Shown here piece after piece: positions 49,275-59,300 of a stretch of DNA of 64,000 nucleotides. The DNA is taken from assembly GCA_963833575.1 (NCBI GenBank), contig CAWHXY010000007.1, positions 96,001 through 160,000 of the forward strand, in the 5' to 3' direction. This DNA is from Candidatus Bathyarchaeota archaeon (lineage in GTDB: Archaea; Thermoproteota; Bathyarchaeia; Bathyarchaeales; Bathycorpusculaceae). The notes beneath the pieces are model-generated. The model searched no databases, was not told where the DNA came from, and saw nothing but the letters and a program-made list of their open reading frames with translations. Position 1 is the first letter of the stretch. Every line of letters begins with the position of its first letter. A program made the translations under genes and the position numbers.

Positions 49275-50460
49275 TAGTTTAGCTCAATTGTTTTTTAATC
49301 AATCAGATGTCTTTATGGTTGCCATTAATAGCGATGAAGTGGTTGTCGACATAAACAAAAAAGCATGTGAAATTCTCGATTACACTATTAACGAAGTTAA
49401 GGGCAAGAATTGGTTTGAAAACTTTGTTCCAGCAACAAAAAAAGAAGAGGCTAAACATTTATTTCAAAATGCATTAAATGGAAATCTTCACCATTTACAT
49501 TTTGAATATCCGTTGGTAACTAAACATGGGAAAGAACTGACATTTAACTTTCATAACGTGCTAGTTAGCGACGAAAAAGGCAAAACTATTGGTATTCTTA
49601 GCTCTGGGGATGACGTGACTGAACGGAAAAGCAAAGAAAAATCGTTGAAAGATGTCGAAAATCGTCTTCAGATTTCGTTGAATTACATGATTGAGGGTTG
49701 CCAAATTATTGATTACGATTGGCGCTATGTATACGTAAATGAAGCGGCTGCTAAACAAGGACGCAAAACCAAGGAAGAATTATTAGGTTACACAATGATG
49801 CAAGTGTATCCCGGTATTGATGAAACAGAAATGTTCAGTCATCTTAGAAATTGTATGGCGAATCGTGTGCGGTACCAATTAGATAACGAATTTACCTTCC
49901 CCGATGGGTCAAAAGGCATTTTTGAACTTCGCATAAGCCCTGTACCTGTAGGGATCTTGATTTTGTCAATGGATATTACTCGCAACAGGGAGCTAGAAGC
50001 GGAACTAAATAACTATAGACGCAGGCTTGAGCGCGTATTGGCGGAGCGCACAGCTGATTGCGCAAAAACCAATGAGGAATTAACTCAAGAAATTCAAGAA
50101 CACAAAAAAACAAAAGAAGGTCTCAAGCTGAGAGCAACAATTCTGGATAACGTTAGAGAAGCCATATTTCTCTTAAATGAAAGGGGCGACTTTGAATATG
50201 CAAATGAGGCAGCATCAAGAGCATATGGATATAGCATCGATGAATTACTCAACATGAATATTCGTTCACTCTTTCCGAAAAAAGACGCATCCTCAGTTGA
50301 TTCATTTCTAAAACATATCGTTGAAAAAGGTGAGACAAGCATTGAAATGGTACATCTGCGGAACAATAAATCTCCAATGCGTGTAAAAATATATTCTAAC
50401 CTAGCAAAAACTCTTCGCGGACAATTTATTGTTATAGTCATCCGGGAACGCGATGATTAA
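49246..50460 (+). CDS. Triple-PAS sensor protein without an output domain
   Basis: Three PAS repeats (INKKACEILDY, VNEAAAKQG, ANEAASRAYGY) and a coiled coil; no kinase or HTH. Confidence 0.88.
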   Translation: MKGKKLVKHDSLAQLFFNQSDVFMVAINSDEVVVDINKKACEILDYTINEVKGKNWFENFVPATKKEEAKHLFQNALNGNLHHLHFEYPLVTKHGKELTFNFHNVLVSDEKGKTIGILSSGDDVTERKSKEKSLKDVENRLQISLNYMIEGCQIIDYDWRYVYVNEAAAKQGRKTKEELLGYTMMQVYPGIDETEMFSHLRNCMANRVRYQLDNEFTFPDGSKGIFELRISPVPVGILILSMDITRNRELEAELNNYRRRLERVLAERTADCAKTNEELTQEIQEHKKTKEGLKLRATILDNVREAIFLLNERGDFEYANEAASRAYGYSIDELLNMNIRSLFPKKDASSVDSFLKHIVEKGETSIEMVHLRNNKSPMRVKIYSNLAKTLRGQFIVIVIRERDD

Positions 50461-50572
50461 ACAAGCTGGTACATCAGATGAGCTGACTTGGTCAAATGTA
50501 AAACAACTGCCTTCTATGAAATCGTTCATAAATGAAAAAGTGGATTCAACAAAGAATAACTCTGCAAAACAA

Positions 50573-50704
50573 CTATTTTTTGCCTTTGGAGGCGTGTTTT
50601 GCTGGGAGTGAAACTTGTTTTCTCTCTTTTCGTTTCTGATCTTTTTCTCGCTGTAGTTGTTTGTGCTTTTCTAGACCTTCAGCTTTCTTTGCTTTTTTAG
50701 ACAA
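50573..50704 (-). CDS. Possible small basic protein
   Basis: TTG-initiated Lys-rich SKKAKKAEGLEKHKQ...KGKK. Confidence 0.4.
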   Translation of the reverse strand: MSKKAKKAEGLEKHKQLQREKDQKRKERKQVSLPAKHASKGKK

Positions 50705-50828
50705 ATTCTTCAACCTTAGCAAGCAATAGAAACCAACGATGCTCAAAAACCTTGCCCTTAATATACGCATCCAATTCGTCATAATCTTTAAAAGTAAAAC
50801 TGTTAACGGTAAACTCTGGAAGAAAGAA

Positions 50829-50978
50829 ATGCCATATGAAGTTGTTTGTCCCAAATGCGGCTCTTCAGAAGTTGAAAAAACCAAGAATCAGGAATACCGT
50901 TGTAGCAAGTGCGGAGAAATCTTTTATTTTGTCACACCAACATGCGGTTCCACAGATTTTGAAAGATATAAACTCTAA
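50829..50978 (+). CDS. Small Zn-ribbon protein
   Basis: MPYEVVCPKCGS...YRCSKCGE. Confidence 0.75.
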   Translation: MPYEVVCPKCGSSEVEKTKNQEYRCSKCGEIFYFVTPTCGSTDFERYKL

Positions 50979-51168
50979 TTTAAACCCAATCTCTTTTCCG
51001 AAACAAATTTTCTAAATATAACAAACTATGAAATGTCATAGTCATCGGACTTCAGCTAGTTACTTTCTAAACAAAAACTGGTTCTTCCCTTATTTTCAGC
51101 TGTTCCTTTAGAAGAACAGTCTGTTCTTTAGGGAGAGTAATATCTTACATGGTGCACTGTAACTCTCG

Positions 51169-52968
51169 GTGTCTGATATGAAGAGAGACCTTATCAAATC
51201 CTTCGCGTTAATTTTGGTTTTAGCATCCTTAACTTGGATGGTTACCTTTCAAGTAGCAAAAGGATCGAGCACTTTAGTGGTTCCAGACGATTACCCAACC
51301 ATAAACGCAGCCATAACCCACGCCTCCGCAGGCGACATCGTGCTCGTGAAAACCGGTATCTACAACGAAAATATCCAAATCACCAAGCCCTTGACGCTGC
51401 AAGGTCAAGGCAACGCCGTTATAGTTGGCGTTGGCGGCTCAACCCCAACAGCGGTTTTAAAATTGAACGCGAACAACATTGTAGTTTCAGGCTTAACCAT
51501 TGAAAGCCAAACTTACACAAACACCACATACTACGCCTACGGTATCTGGGTTGACGGCGACAACTGCACCATAACAGGCAATACCATCAGCCACACTTAC
51601 CTTGGCATCTTCTCCTCAACCCAAAAATCCACAACTATCACACAAAACACAATAACAGGAAGCATAAAGGATGGTATTCGATTCTGTGCAGGTTCATTAA
51701 CTAACATCTCCGATAACAACATCATCTCAAACGGGGTGTCAGGCCTTGCTTTAGGCGGTTACTCGGACACGGTTAAGGGCAACAACCTTCAAGAAAACTT
51801 CCGAGGATTAGGCCTAGGCGGATCAAACTCGGTAGTCTTCAACAACTCCTTGGTTTCTAATACGGAGTCAGGAATCTTCCTCTCAGGGTCACAAAACATA
51901 ATCGCCGCCAACGACATTTCCGCAAACAAATACGGTATCTACATAACTACCCAAGGAGCTTCACCTCATGCAAACGAAATTTACCACAACAACTTTGACA
52001 ACAATTTCTACAATGCGTTCGGCAACTCTACTTACCTTGTTGAAATATGGGATAACGGTGCTCAATCAGGCGGAAACTATTGGAGCGACAAACAACCAAC
52101 CGTCGTCCACATGGTTAACATAAACAACACAGACAACTATCCCCTATCAGCACCGTTCATCCTTTCCACTCCCGACAACTTACCAACCGCAATTGCTCCA
52201 GACTCCGCAAAGCCCAACAGCATCGTTGCCTCATATTCCTTTGACAGTGTCGGCTTAGACCTCGTAACTCCCGACGCTACAGGCAATAATCCCGCAGTTT
52301 TAGGATCAGTCACGGGTGTTTACAATTACACCCCTGGTCAGGTTTCAGGAAAGTTTGGGAATGCGTTAAGCTTCAACGGGAACACTTATGCTTCGGTGCA
52401 GCCTTCACTCAGCCTCGATAACCAAAACGAGGTAACGGTGGATGTTTGGGTAAAGGTGACAGAAATCAAGGGTGTACCCTACAACAACATACTAATCGAA
52501 GCCATCCGAACCACCGGCAGCCTGCCAACAAGAACCCTTGGACTCGCCATCAACGGAGAAGAACCCATTAACGACAGCTCTCCGCCACAAGGAGCCCTCC
52601 GCGCCTACGTATTAACGCCAAGCGGCTTCAACGAAATCGACACTAAAACGCCGCTCCCAAACAACTGGGTTCATGTAGTCTTCACCCGCAGCACAACTAC
52701 AGGGATGCACATCTACGTTGACGGCAAAGAACAAACATACACCGTTGCCGCTGGAACCGCCAACCCCGCAGGTCCAATACAGAACCCAACCGACATCTAC
52801 ATCGGACACGACTCAATTACTGAAATCGACCAACTCCAAATCAGCAACACCGTCGTTCAGCAAACCCAGCCACTGTGGATGCAACCGTGGCTTTGGGTAA
52901 TTCTTCTCGTTGCGTTTGGCGCCAGTCTTATCAGTTTATTTCTCATTGCAAAAAAACGCAGCCGATAA
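51169..52968 (+). CDS. Surface protein: NosD/pectin-lyase-like beta-helix, LamG domain and C-terminal TM
   Basis: VPDDYPTINAAI, Asn-rich beta-helix, GGNYWSD, GKFGNALSFNG, WVHVVFT...IYVDG. Confidence 0.88.
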   Translation: MSDMKRDLIKSFALILVLASLTWMVTFQVAKGSSTLVVPDDYPTINAAITHASAGDIVLVKTGIYNENIQITKPLTLQGQGNAVIVGVGGSTPTAVLKLNANNIVVSGLTIESQTYTNTTYYAYGIWVDGDNCTITGNTISHTYLGIFSSTQKSTTITQNTITGSIKDGIRFCAGSLTNISDNNIISNGVSGLALGGYSDTVKGNNLQENFRGLGLGGSNSVVFNNSLVSNTESGIFLSGSQNIIAANDISANKYGIYITTQGASPHANEIYHNNFDNNFYNAFGNSTYLVEIWDNGAQSGGNYWSDKQPTVVHMVNINNTDNYPLSAPFILSTPDNLPTAIAPDSAKPNSIVASYSFDSVGLDLVTPDATGNNPAVLGSVTGVYNYTPGQVSGKFGNALSFNGNTYASVQPSLSLDNQNEVTVDVWVKVTEIKGVPYNNILIEAIRTTGSLPTRTLGLAINGEEPINDSSPPQGALRAYVLTPSGFNEIDTKTPLPNNWVHVVFTRSTTTGMHIYVDGKEQTYTVAAGTANPAGPIQNPTDIYIGHDSITEIDQLQISNTVVQQTQPLWMQPWLWVILLVAFGASLISLFLIAKKRSR

Positions 52969-53002
52969 CCAAATCTCCAATGGGAGGAAAAAAATAGTTT
53001 TT

Positions 53003-53019
53003 TGGTGGGCCGGACCGGG
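53003..53019 (-). other. tRNA 3'-end fragment, probable att site
   Basis: Minus strand CCCGGT-CCGGCCC-A-CCA followed by a T-tract; no T-loop or rest of a tRNA upstream. Confidence 0.6.
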
Positions 53020-53582
53020 CTTACCCCCGAAACGGTCTGAGTCCCTTCGATAGATTAACGGAATTAGATTATTTTTCGTAAGTTTTGACATAAGTTTGAA
53101 GCTGCCCGTTCCCAAACCAAAAGGGTTCAAAACCTTTCTAGCCCGAAGACATATTGTAACTTCAGAAGTGGTGTTGAGAGGGAGATCACAGCATCAATTT
53201 ACTGGTAACTCTGAATCTTTAGTTCTAATTTCTAATTCTAAGATATATGTAATTGCGTAGTTGCTTAAAAGTATTATTTCTTATTTTATTAACAACCTGT
53301 CTTGAATTTATTTCCACATTTAGTACAAGTGAAAACAGCTAAGCAGAACGTAGAGTTCTCTAATTGTCTATCGGGAAAAGCAACAGTATTTCTGCATTTT
53401 GGGCATTCAACCATTCAAGAGGCACTTTTGAAGTTAACTTGCATTTACATGAAGAAACGGGTATAAGAAGCGATGTTGTCACAAGCTGGAACATCGATTT
53501 CTTACTCATGCAATTTTTTAAAAGTGCTTAGAATAGTGTTATAAGTAGTGTACGCACTCATAGGGAACTTAGTGGTAACCTG

Positions 53583-53795
53583 TTGGATAGGAAAGAAGCT
53601 GTTGCCTTAGTTAAGGAATTAGGCGATAGAGAACTGATTAGACCGATTTTTGTTATTCTACATGGGATCGAACCTTATAGGTACAAGGTGCAAATCAAAG
53701 GCGAATATGACTTCAAAGAAATGGAAATATTTCTTAAAGGTAGAGGATATTCTTTTGAAGAGAACAATGATTGCTTAATTATTTTCAAACAATAA
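53583..53795 (+). CDS. Small hypothetical protein, probable paralog of 23219..23497
   Basis: DRKEAVALVKE...YKVQIK...LIIFK. Confidence 0.7.
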   Translation: MDRKEAVALVKELGDRELIRPIFVILHGIEPYRYKVQIKGEYDFKEMEIFLKGRGYSFEENNDCLIIFKQ

Positions 53796-54303
53796 TAAAC
53801 AAACAAGGTTGTATCAAATGGAACATAATGTTCTAAATGATACATCCAATAACGAGTTTTAAAATCCATGCTCTATACGTCACTCCTTCGCTCAGAGGTG
53901 CTGAAACCTCTTCGCTTAGTCGCTACATAAGTAAATTAATGATATAAACGACTAAAAGTAAGTAGGAATTGGCTTTTGTTTGTTCGTTTATCCGTTTGCC
54001 TAATTTGAGAAAAGAAGCTTAATTTCCAGTATTGGTACAGAGTTATCAATAAGCAAGAACCAATAGTTCTGATTTCTAAGTTCATAAGTATGGATCAGTC
54101 CATCATTTACTCGGGAAGGATGCAGTAAGAAGCAAGAAAAATATACATAGATCATTCTCAGAATTATCAAAAATCAATGCCTTCTAATGTGCGTTTAAAA
54201 TAGGCATCACGTAATAATAAAAAATTTTCTTTCACTCTCTCCTTTGTTATCCTTCGAGTTTTCCAGCCATTACCAGATTTTTTACAAAAAAATTTTGTAG
54301 CTA

Positions 54304-54954
54304 TTACACTTTTTCGAGGAAATCTGCTCTTGTCACCAGTCCGATTTTATCTCTTGCTTCAATAATCAGCACAGCATAATGAAAAAGAAGGGCTTGTGCA
54401 ATCTCGGCAATTGGAGTATCTGATGGAAATTCAGGAGCTTCATCAGTGATCTTCGCTTCTTTGATTGGCATTTCTTTTAGTTCCTGCAACCAATTATCTT
54501 TGGCTTTTGTCTCGGGATTCTTTTCATCTTTATTCAATTTTAACGGAGATAGCATTCTGTTCATTATTGTAAATTCGGTGATGATGTCCCATCTCCCAGT
54601 TTTTTTGTCATATACTGGAAGTTGACTGAAACCACCTTTCTTCATTTTGTCGATAGCCAGAGAGACAGGATCGTTAGAATCCACAAAGGCAACATCCACA
54701 GATTTGACATATATTTCAGCAACAGTTTTTTTAGGTAATGACGCAACACGTTCGAGAATTAATGAAGATAACTTTGATACATCTTCGATGCTGATTGGTC
54801 TTTTTCCCCTTAACTTTTTAGAGATGTTAGATTGGTCATCGTCAAGTTCTTTTTCTAATTGTCTTTGAGAAATATTAGCTTCATTGAGACCATCTCTGAG
54901 AAGTTTTAGGAGAGTTTCTTTTGGGGGAATTTGGATATATTTAGTTTCAGACAT
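54304..54954 (-). CDS. XRE-type HTH plus CBS-domain regulator
   Basis: ISQRQLEKEL..DQSNISKKLRG HTH; GFSQLPV and GLVTRADFL CBS motifs. Confidence 0.88.
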   Translation of the reverse strand: MSETKYIQIPPKETLLKLLRDGLNEANISQRQLEKELDDDQSNISKKLRGKRPISIEDVSKLSSLILERVASLPKKTVAEIYVKSVDVAFVDSNDPVSLAIDKMKKGGFSQLPVYDKKTGRWDIITEFTIMNRMLSPLKLNKDEKNPETKAKDNWLQELKEMPIKEAKITDEAPEFPSDTPIAEIAQALLFHYAVLIIEARDKIGLVTRADFLEKV

Positions 54955-55022
54955 TCCGCACACCATGAGGTCATTAATGACCTGATATAGGCAGATCAAG
55001 TACTTTAGCATATACACTCTCG

Positions 55023-56078
55023 ATGATAAAAATGACAAAAATGGAAAACCTCAAAGAAAAATCTCAAATAATTGATACATGGAAAGTAAAAGTTTCGCAT
55101 GGAAAATGGGAACTTCCGAAGAAACTTAAGTTCTATGGGCGATGGACCAAAAGTTTTGACGGAGACTGGCGTTTTGAGGCAATTGAAAAAAACATTAAAG
55201 ATAAGATACCTGTTGTTGGGAACGAGAACAAGTATCATAAGCTTTTAACTGGAACATGGAAGAAGGTAAATTCGTATAGTGAGCTAAGGAAATGGTCAGC
55301 TAAAAACAAAAAACCATTCAAGTATTCTTTGAAAAGAAAGCTCGCAATCCACAGAGAAGGTATTAGCGATCTTAATCAGAAATGGCAAGAAGTCATAGAC
55401 CTTAGATTAGACCTTAATTGCTCTGGAAAAACAGCATGTCCTTCTTGCGGTAATACTAACAATGTTTTATTAGAAGAAGGGAGAAGTAAGAAAATCATTG
55501 CATATACATACCAATGTTTGCCATGTCCTCACTGTAAATACCACTGTCACTTATGCCATAAAGAAGTTTATACTATCCATGATTCAGGCACTTTCCCAGA
55601 GGAATATTACACCTTTGAATATGAGGGAATGCCTTTTGAAGAAAGTAAGGGTTCGCTGAAACAGACAAAAAAATATTGGGAAGGAGTTTTCAATAGAAAG
55701 TACCAAAGATTGAGAAAATATTTCAAGAAGGAACATCTCCCCTTCACTACTACTACAAATCTCAAGAGTAATGAAAAAGTGATAAGTGATTGTAAAAAGA
55801 GAATCAAGCTTTGGCTTAATGAACATCCCGAGCTTAAGGAAAAGTTTTACGATAAAAAGACTAATGTTGTGAGAAGAGGAACAGACCACTGTCAAGTATG
55901 TGGAAACCTAATAAGAGTTTCTAAACACGCATGGAATAAGCGATACTGCTCTGAAGAATGTGGATTGATTGCCCAACACAACAAGTTTGTTGAACAGAGA
56001 AGAAATGATGTGGCATTATTAGAATGCTCTAAAGAAATAGATAAAATGCTCAGTAGGAGAAAGCCTAGGGAAGATTGA
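55023..56078 (+). CDS. Cys-rich multi-Zn-finger hypothetical protein
   Basis: CPSC, CLPCPHC, CHLC, CQVC...YCSEEC. Confidence 0.78.
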   Translation: MIKMTKMENLKEKSQIIDTWKVKVSHGKWELPKKLKFYGRWTKSFDGDWRFEAIEKNIKDKIPVVGNENKYHKLLTGTWKKVNSYSELRKWSAKNKKPFKYSLKRKLAIHREGISDLNQKWQEVIDLRLDLNCSGKTACPSCGNTNNVLLEEGRSKKIIAYTYQCLPCPHCKYHCHLCHKEVYTIHDSGTFPEEYYTFEYEGMPFEESKGSLKQTKKYWEGVFNRKYQRLRKYFKKEHLPFTTTTNLKSNEKVISDCKKRIKLWLNEHPELKEKFYDKKTNVVRRGTDHCQVCGNLIRVSKHAWNKRYCSEECGLIAQHNKFVEQRRNDVALLECSKEIDKMLSRRKPRED

Positions 56079-56117
56079 ACGCTCCACACACTATAGTTTA
56101 CTGATAAGTGGTATAGT

Positions 56118-56246
56118 ATGAATTCTAAAAACGTAAAACCAATAGTAGTACACATATCTACTAAGGAGCTTATGGATAAAGCTAAATTAGTAGAATGTGA
56201 AACGTACGATAGTATAATTTTAAGAGCTTTAAAGAAACTCAAATAG
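56118..56246 (+). CDS. 42-aa ribbon-helix-helix-like protein, absent from the ORF track
   Basis: MNSKNVKPIVVHISTKELMDKAKLVECETYDSIILRALKKLK; ETYD.II.R pattern of archaeal RHH proteins. Confidence 0.7.
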   Translation: MNSKNVKPIVVHISTKELMDKAKLVECETYDSIILRALKKLK

Positions 56247-56277
56247 AGCCAATAAACTTAGATAAAAGTGGCATTTT

Positions 56278-57138
56278 ATGAAAGATTCTATCTTTGAGTC
56301 AGAGTATTCTATCAAAGAAGCAATTAAGGCTTTCAAAGAGAGGGGGTTAGAAGCACTATCTACAAGTGAGAAAGGGGTTCTATTGTCATTAATGAAGTCA
56401 GAAAGAGATTACGTTATAGATAACCATATTTCAAGTAGACAGTTCGATCCAGACCCTGTAAATGAGAAGTATGAAGGTAAAGGTTACAAAGGGTATAGAA
56501 CTTTTCTAACTCTTACTCAGAATGAAGAAAATATGGAATTAATTATAGAAGAATGTGCTAGAATTCCTAATCGTGGCTTAATAGCTCTCGATCAAGTACC
56601 TAAAGTTAAGATCAATGAAGAGTATAGAAATCTCTTTCCAGAGTTAGCAGAAAGCTTGGAGAGAGAAGGACAATTAACTAAAGCTCTAAGATGTCCTAAT
56701 GGCTACTTAGTGGACGGAGAAAAGCGTAAGCTGTTATTAGGAGATCAATTAGAGACTATAGAAGTACCTATTGGAACAGAATGTTCTAACATGGTAGTTC
56801 TCACTCAAGAACAGAAAAGAGCGTGTGTACTGGATCTCTATAATGTAGTGTCAAATGAGACTACATTCAAAGAAGAAATTATTAATTTACTAATGAAAAG
56901 ATACGGTCTAAGCAGATCTACAGTCTACAGAATTATAGATCCTTCAATTCAAGAAGAGAAAAAGCAGAAGCAAGTAGCTAAACTGAAAGAACATCAAGAA
57001 CGAATATTTAGACTCAAAAACGATCTTAAAGGTCTGGAAAGTAGCTATCAAGAAGTAAGAACTAACCAAAGCAGAGAGAATGTCAGTACCCTGCTAATGT
57101 ATGTAGAAATGACTATTGGGCATATTAGGAGTCTTTAG
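56278..57138 (+). CDS. ParB/Srx-like domain plus HTH protein
   Basis: INEEYRNLFP.LAESLEREGQL...GYLVDGEKR; YGLSRSTVYRI HTH. Confidence 0.7.
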   Translation: MKDSIFESEYSIKEAIKAFKERGLEALSTSEKGVLLSLMKSERDYVIDNHISSRQFDPDPVNEKYEGKGYKGYRTFLTLTQNEENMELIIEECARIPNRGLIALDQVPKVKINEEYRNLFPELAESLEREGQLTKALRCPNGYLVDGEKRKLLLGDQLETIEVPIGTECSNMVVLTQEQKRACVLDLYNVVSNETTFKEEIINLLMKRYGLSRSTVYRIIDPSIQEEKKQKQVAKLKEHQERIFRLKNDLKGLESSYQEVRTNQSRENVSTLLMYVEMTIGHIRSL

Positions 57139-57228
57139 GAGAGAGAAAGTTTTTATGATTTTACTTACGGCGTGTGTTATACCCTTACTATTACTTTATT
57201 TAGTGATTAAGGACTAATTTGAGGAGAT

Positions 57229-57651
57229 TTGGTTTTGGCAAATAAAGATGAGAGTATACACGATAAGTCTTGGGCTGTAGAAATAGGAAAGGCGAGAGTA
57301 CAAAAATTAGGCAATCAGTATAGAGAATTAGGTTATTTTGTAATCGAGAATGGCGAAAATCACGCTGGAGTAGACCTAATTATTATCAGCACTCCAGAAG
57401 GTAGAATAAAGAAAGTTATCGAAGTCACTAATTACCGAAAACCTACATTCTTTATGAGTAGTGAAAGGTTTGAACGGTACATTAACAGCTTAACCTATTT
57501 TGAACGTATAGAGGGTATTGAGCTTGAATTAGTTGTTTCTTTCATCGATAACTTGACAACAAATCAAGTTCTAGAGCTTAAGAAGAACCACATCACCATC
57601 CGAGTGGAAGGTTCTCAAGATTTACCTGAAAAAAGGGCAATGATAAATTAG
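57229..57651 (+). CDS. PD-(D/E)XK-like nuclease
   Basis: LGYFV...GVDLII...VIEVTN. Confidence 0.65.
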   Translation: MVLANKDESIHDKSWAVEIGKARVQKLGNQYRELGYFVIENGENHAGVDLIIISTPEGRIKKVIEVTNYRKPTFFMSSERFERYINSLTYFERIEGIELELVVSFIDNLTTNQVLELKKNHITIRVEGSQDLPEKRAMIN

Positions 57652-57680
57652 AATCTCAGAAAAAAGAAGGTTAAGAAATA

Positions 57681-57887
57681 ATGCGTAAACAACTAATGAA
57701 CCATAGTATAGTTAGTTATTATTCCAGAACGAGAGTTAGATTACGAGCTTTCGAAAGTGTGCAAATTCTAAGATCAATAGGTCTTAGTTACTCTGAAATA
57801 CAAGAAGCAATTAAGCAATTCTACGGTCTAAAACTTAGTCAATCTACAATAAGCGAGTGGCTAAACAAGAAGCACACTCCCCAATGA
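57681..57887 (+). CDS. Small HTH protein
   Basis: GLSYSEIQEAIKQFYGLKLSQSTISEWL. Confidence 0.7.
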   Translation: MRKQLMNHSIVSYYSRTRVRLRAFESVQILRSIGLSYSEIQEAIKQFYGLKLSQSTISEWLNKKHTPQ

Positions 57888-58030
57888 ACAATCAAAAGGG
57901 TTCAATTATTTTGTGTAAAAGTATCAAAGAAGTTGAAAAAATGAATGGCAAATACTCTATCAAAAAACACTGTCCAAAACAGACAGTGAAAGAAATCGAA
58001 TTAAGATTTGCTTTTACTGGTGGTGATTAA
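57884..58030 (+). CDS. 48-aa hypothetical protein
   Basis: ATGA overlap with the upstream stop; ends 1 nt before the next ATG. Confidence 0.45.
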   Translation: MNNQKGSIILCKSIKEVEKMNGKYSIKKHCPKQTVKEIELRFAFTGGD

Positions 58031-58031
58031 G

Positions 58032-58769
58032 ATGTCTGATTATGAAAAATTGGTTAATGAAGCAATTGCAGAGAGAAAAGCTGACACTGAAGCTGAAGCT
58101 GAAAGGTTAGCAGCTAAAAGAATTCGGGATAAAGAAGAGAGCGATAGAATCAACAAGGTAAACGCTGACGCTGAAAAGCTAATGGTAGAGCAGAGAAACA
58201 TACAGTACAGAAACAATTTAGTCTTTGGTTTAGATGAGGAACAGATCAAAGATCTCGATGAGCTAATCAACTGTACTAAACAACTTTCACAAGGTAACGC
58301 TCAGTACGATCCACAAGAAAGGATTAAGACTCATCTAAAAGCTAAGATAGACATATTAAAGCAGCGTATCACAGAGAAGGGTAGAAACTTAGGCGAGATC
58401 ACTTTCATTAAAAAGACTTATTATGAAAGCAGTAAGGGCGATTACTTCCTGTTTTCAGATTCTAACGGTAAATATGGTCTATATGCTGGGGCGTTAGGAA
58501 GTTTTAGAACTACTAATCTATATCTACAGACAGACGCTAATGGTCAACCATTAAAGACAGTTGAACAGGGCATCATTGAAGGAATTCCACCGATACCGAT
58601 CAATAACTATCAGACAATCGTAGTAAAAGACAAGAAAGATCTACCAATAGCCACTATTCCAAGAAAACCTCTTTTTCCTAAAGACTATGAAATACCAGAG
58701 GAATCGATACCTAAAGGGGCAACACGATTCGGAGACAGAAAGAACGCTTTTGGGAGAAATAAGGCATGA
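58032..58769 (+). CDS. Coiled-coil hypothetical protein
   Basis: GGTGA RBS before ATG 58032; charged helical N-terminal half. Confidence 0.75.
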   Translation: MSDYEKLVNEAIAERKADTEAEAERLAAKRIRDKEESDRINKVNADAEKLMVEQRNIQYRNNLVFGLDEEQIKDLDELINCTKQLSQGNAQYDPQERIKTHLKAKIDILKQRITEKGRNLGEITFIKKTYYESSKGDYFLFSDSNGKYGLYAGALGSFRTTNLYLQTDANGQPLKTVEQGIIEGIPPIPINNYQTIVVKDKKDLPIATIPRKPLFPKDYEIPEESIPKGATRFGDRKNAFGRNKA

Positions 58770-58927
58770 GATCTCGAGATGAGATCTTAGCTGATCTCTA
58801 TTTCAAAAAGCAGTTTCAAGGCACGTTAGCCGATAAAGCAATAATCGAGCTACTCTTAGACATTAGAAATCAAAACGAGTCTAATAACGGAAAGAAGAAA
58901 GCTGTTGTAGTTAGTGGTTTTAAATAA
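58766..58927 (+). CDS. 53-aa hypothetical protein
   Basis: ATGA overlap; MRSRDEILAD...IIELLLDIRNQ. Confidence 0.6.
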   Translation: MRSRDEILADLYFKKQFQGTLADKAIIELLLDIRNQNESNNGKKKAVVVSGFK

Positions 58928-58967
58928 GCTTGGTTTGAGTTACGTTTTAAGTTACAGCGAGAAGGCT

Positions 58968-59177
58968 TTATCGCTTGATTCTTCTTCTCGCTCCACTGCT
59001 CGTATTAAGAGTCTTGTTGTGTTCACTTAAAACAAACCTTAACGCACCATTTCTAAAATATTCTCTATATCGATTTCCACAGTTTGAGCATTTAAACATC
59101 TTAACATTAAATGATCCGAAACGCCATTCTTTCGAAGGATTACCTAATTCTATGTTGCATTTGGGGCACTTGGGCAT
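58968..59177 (-). CDS. Zn-ribbon, Cren7-like small basic protein
   Basis: CPKC...PSKEW...VKMFKCSNCGNRYRE. Confidence 0.7.
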   Translation of the reverse strand: MPKCPKCNIELGNPSKEWRFGSFNVKMFKCSNCGNRYREYFRNGALRFVLSEHNKTLNTSSGARRRIKR

Positions 59178-59300
59178 TTTTTTTCCCTCGGTATATAATT
59201 TGCGTTTACCATTTATATAATTTAACTGGCAACGTAGCTTTCCAATTTTGAGATAAGCTTTTTAACATAACTGATTGATACGCTTGATTCAGGTAAGAGT

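Noticed and set aside
51169-52968. Diversity-generating retroelement target, suggested by AAC-rich sequence
   Set aside because: No template repeat or reverse transcriptase in the window; Asn richness is normal for beta-helices
53003-53050. Complete tRNA, or SRP RNA 5' end
   Set aside because: No T-loop, anticodon or D arm; the downstream sequence is AT-rich and lacks SRP helix 8
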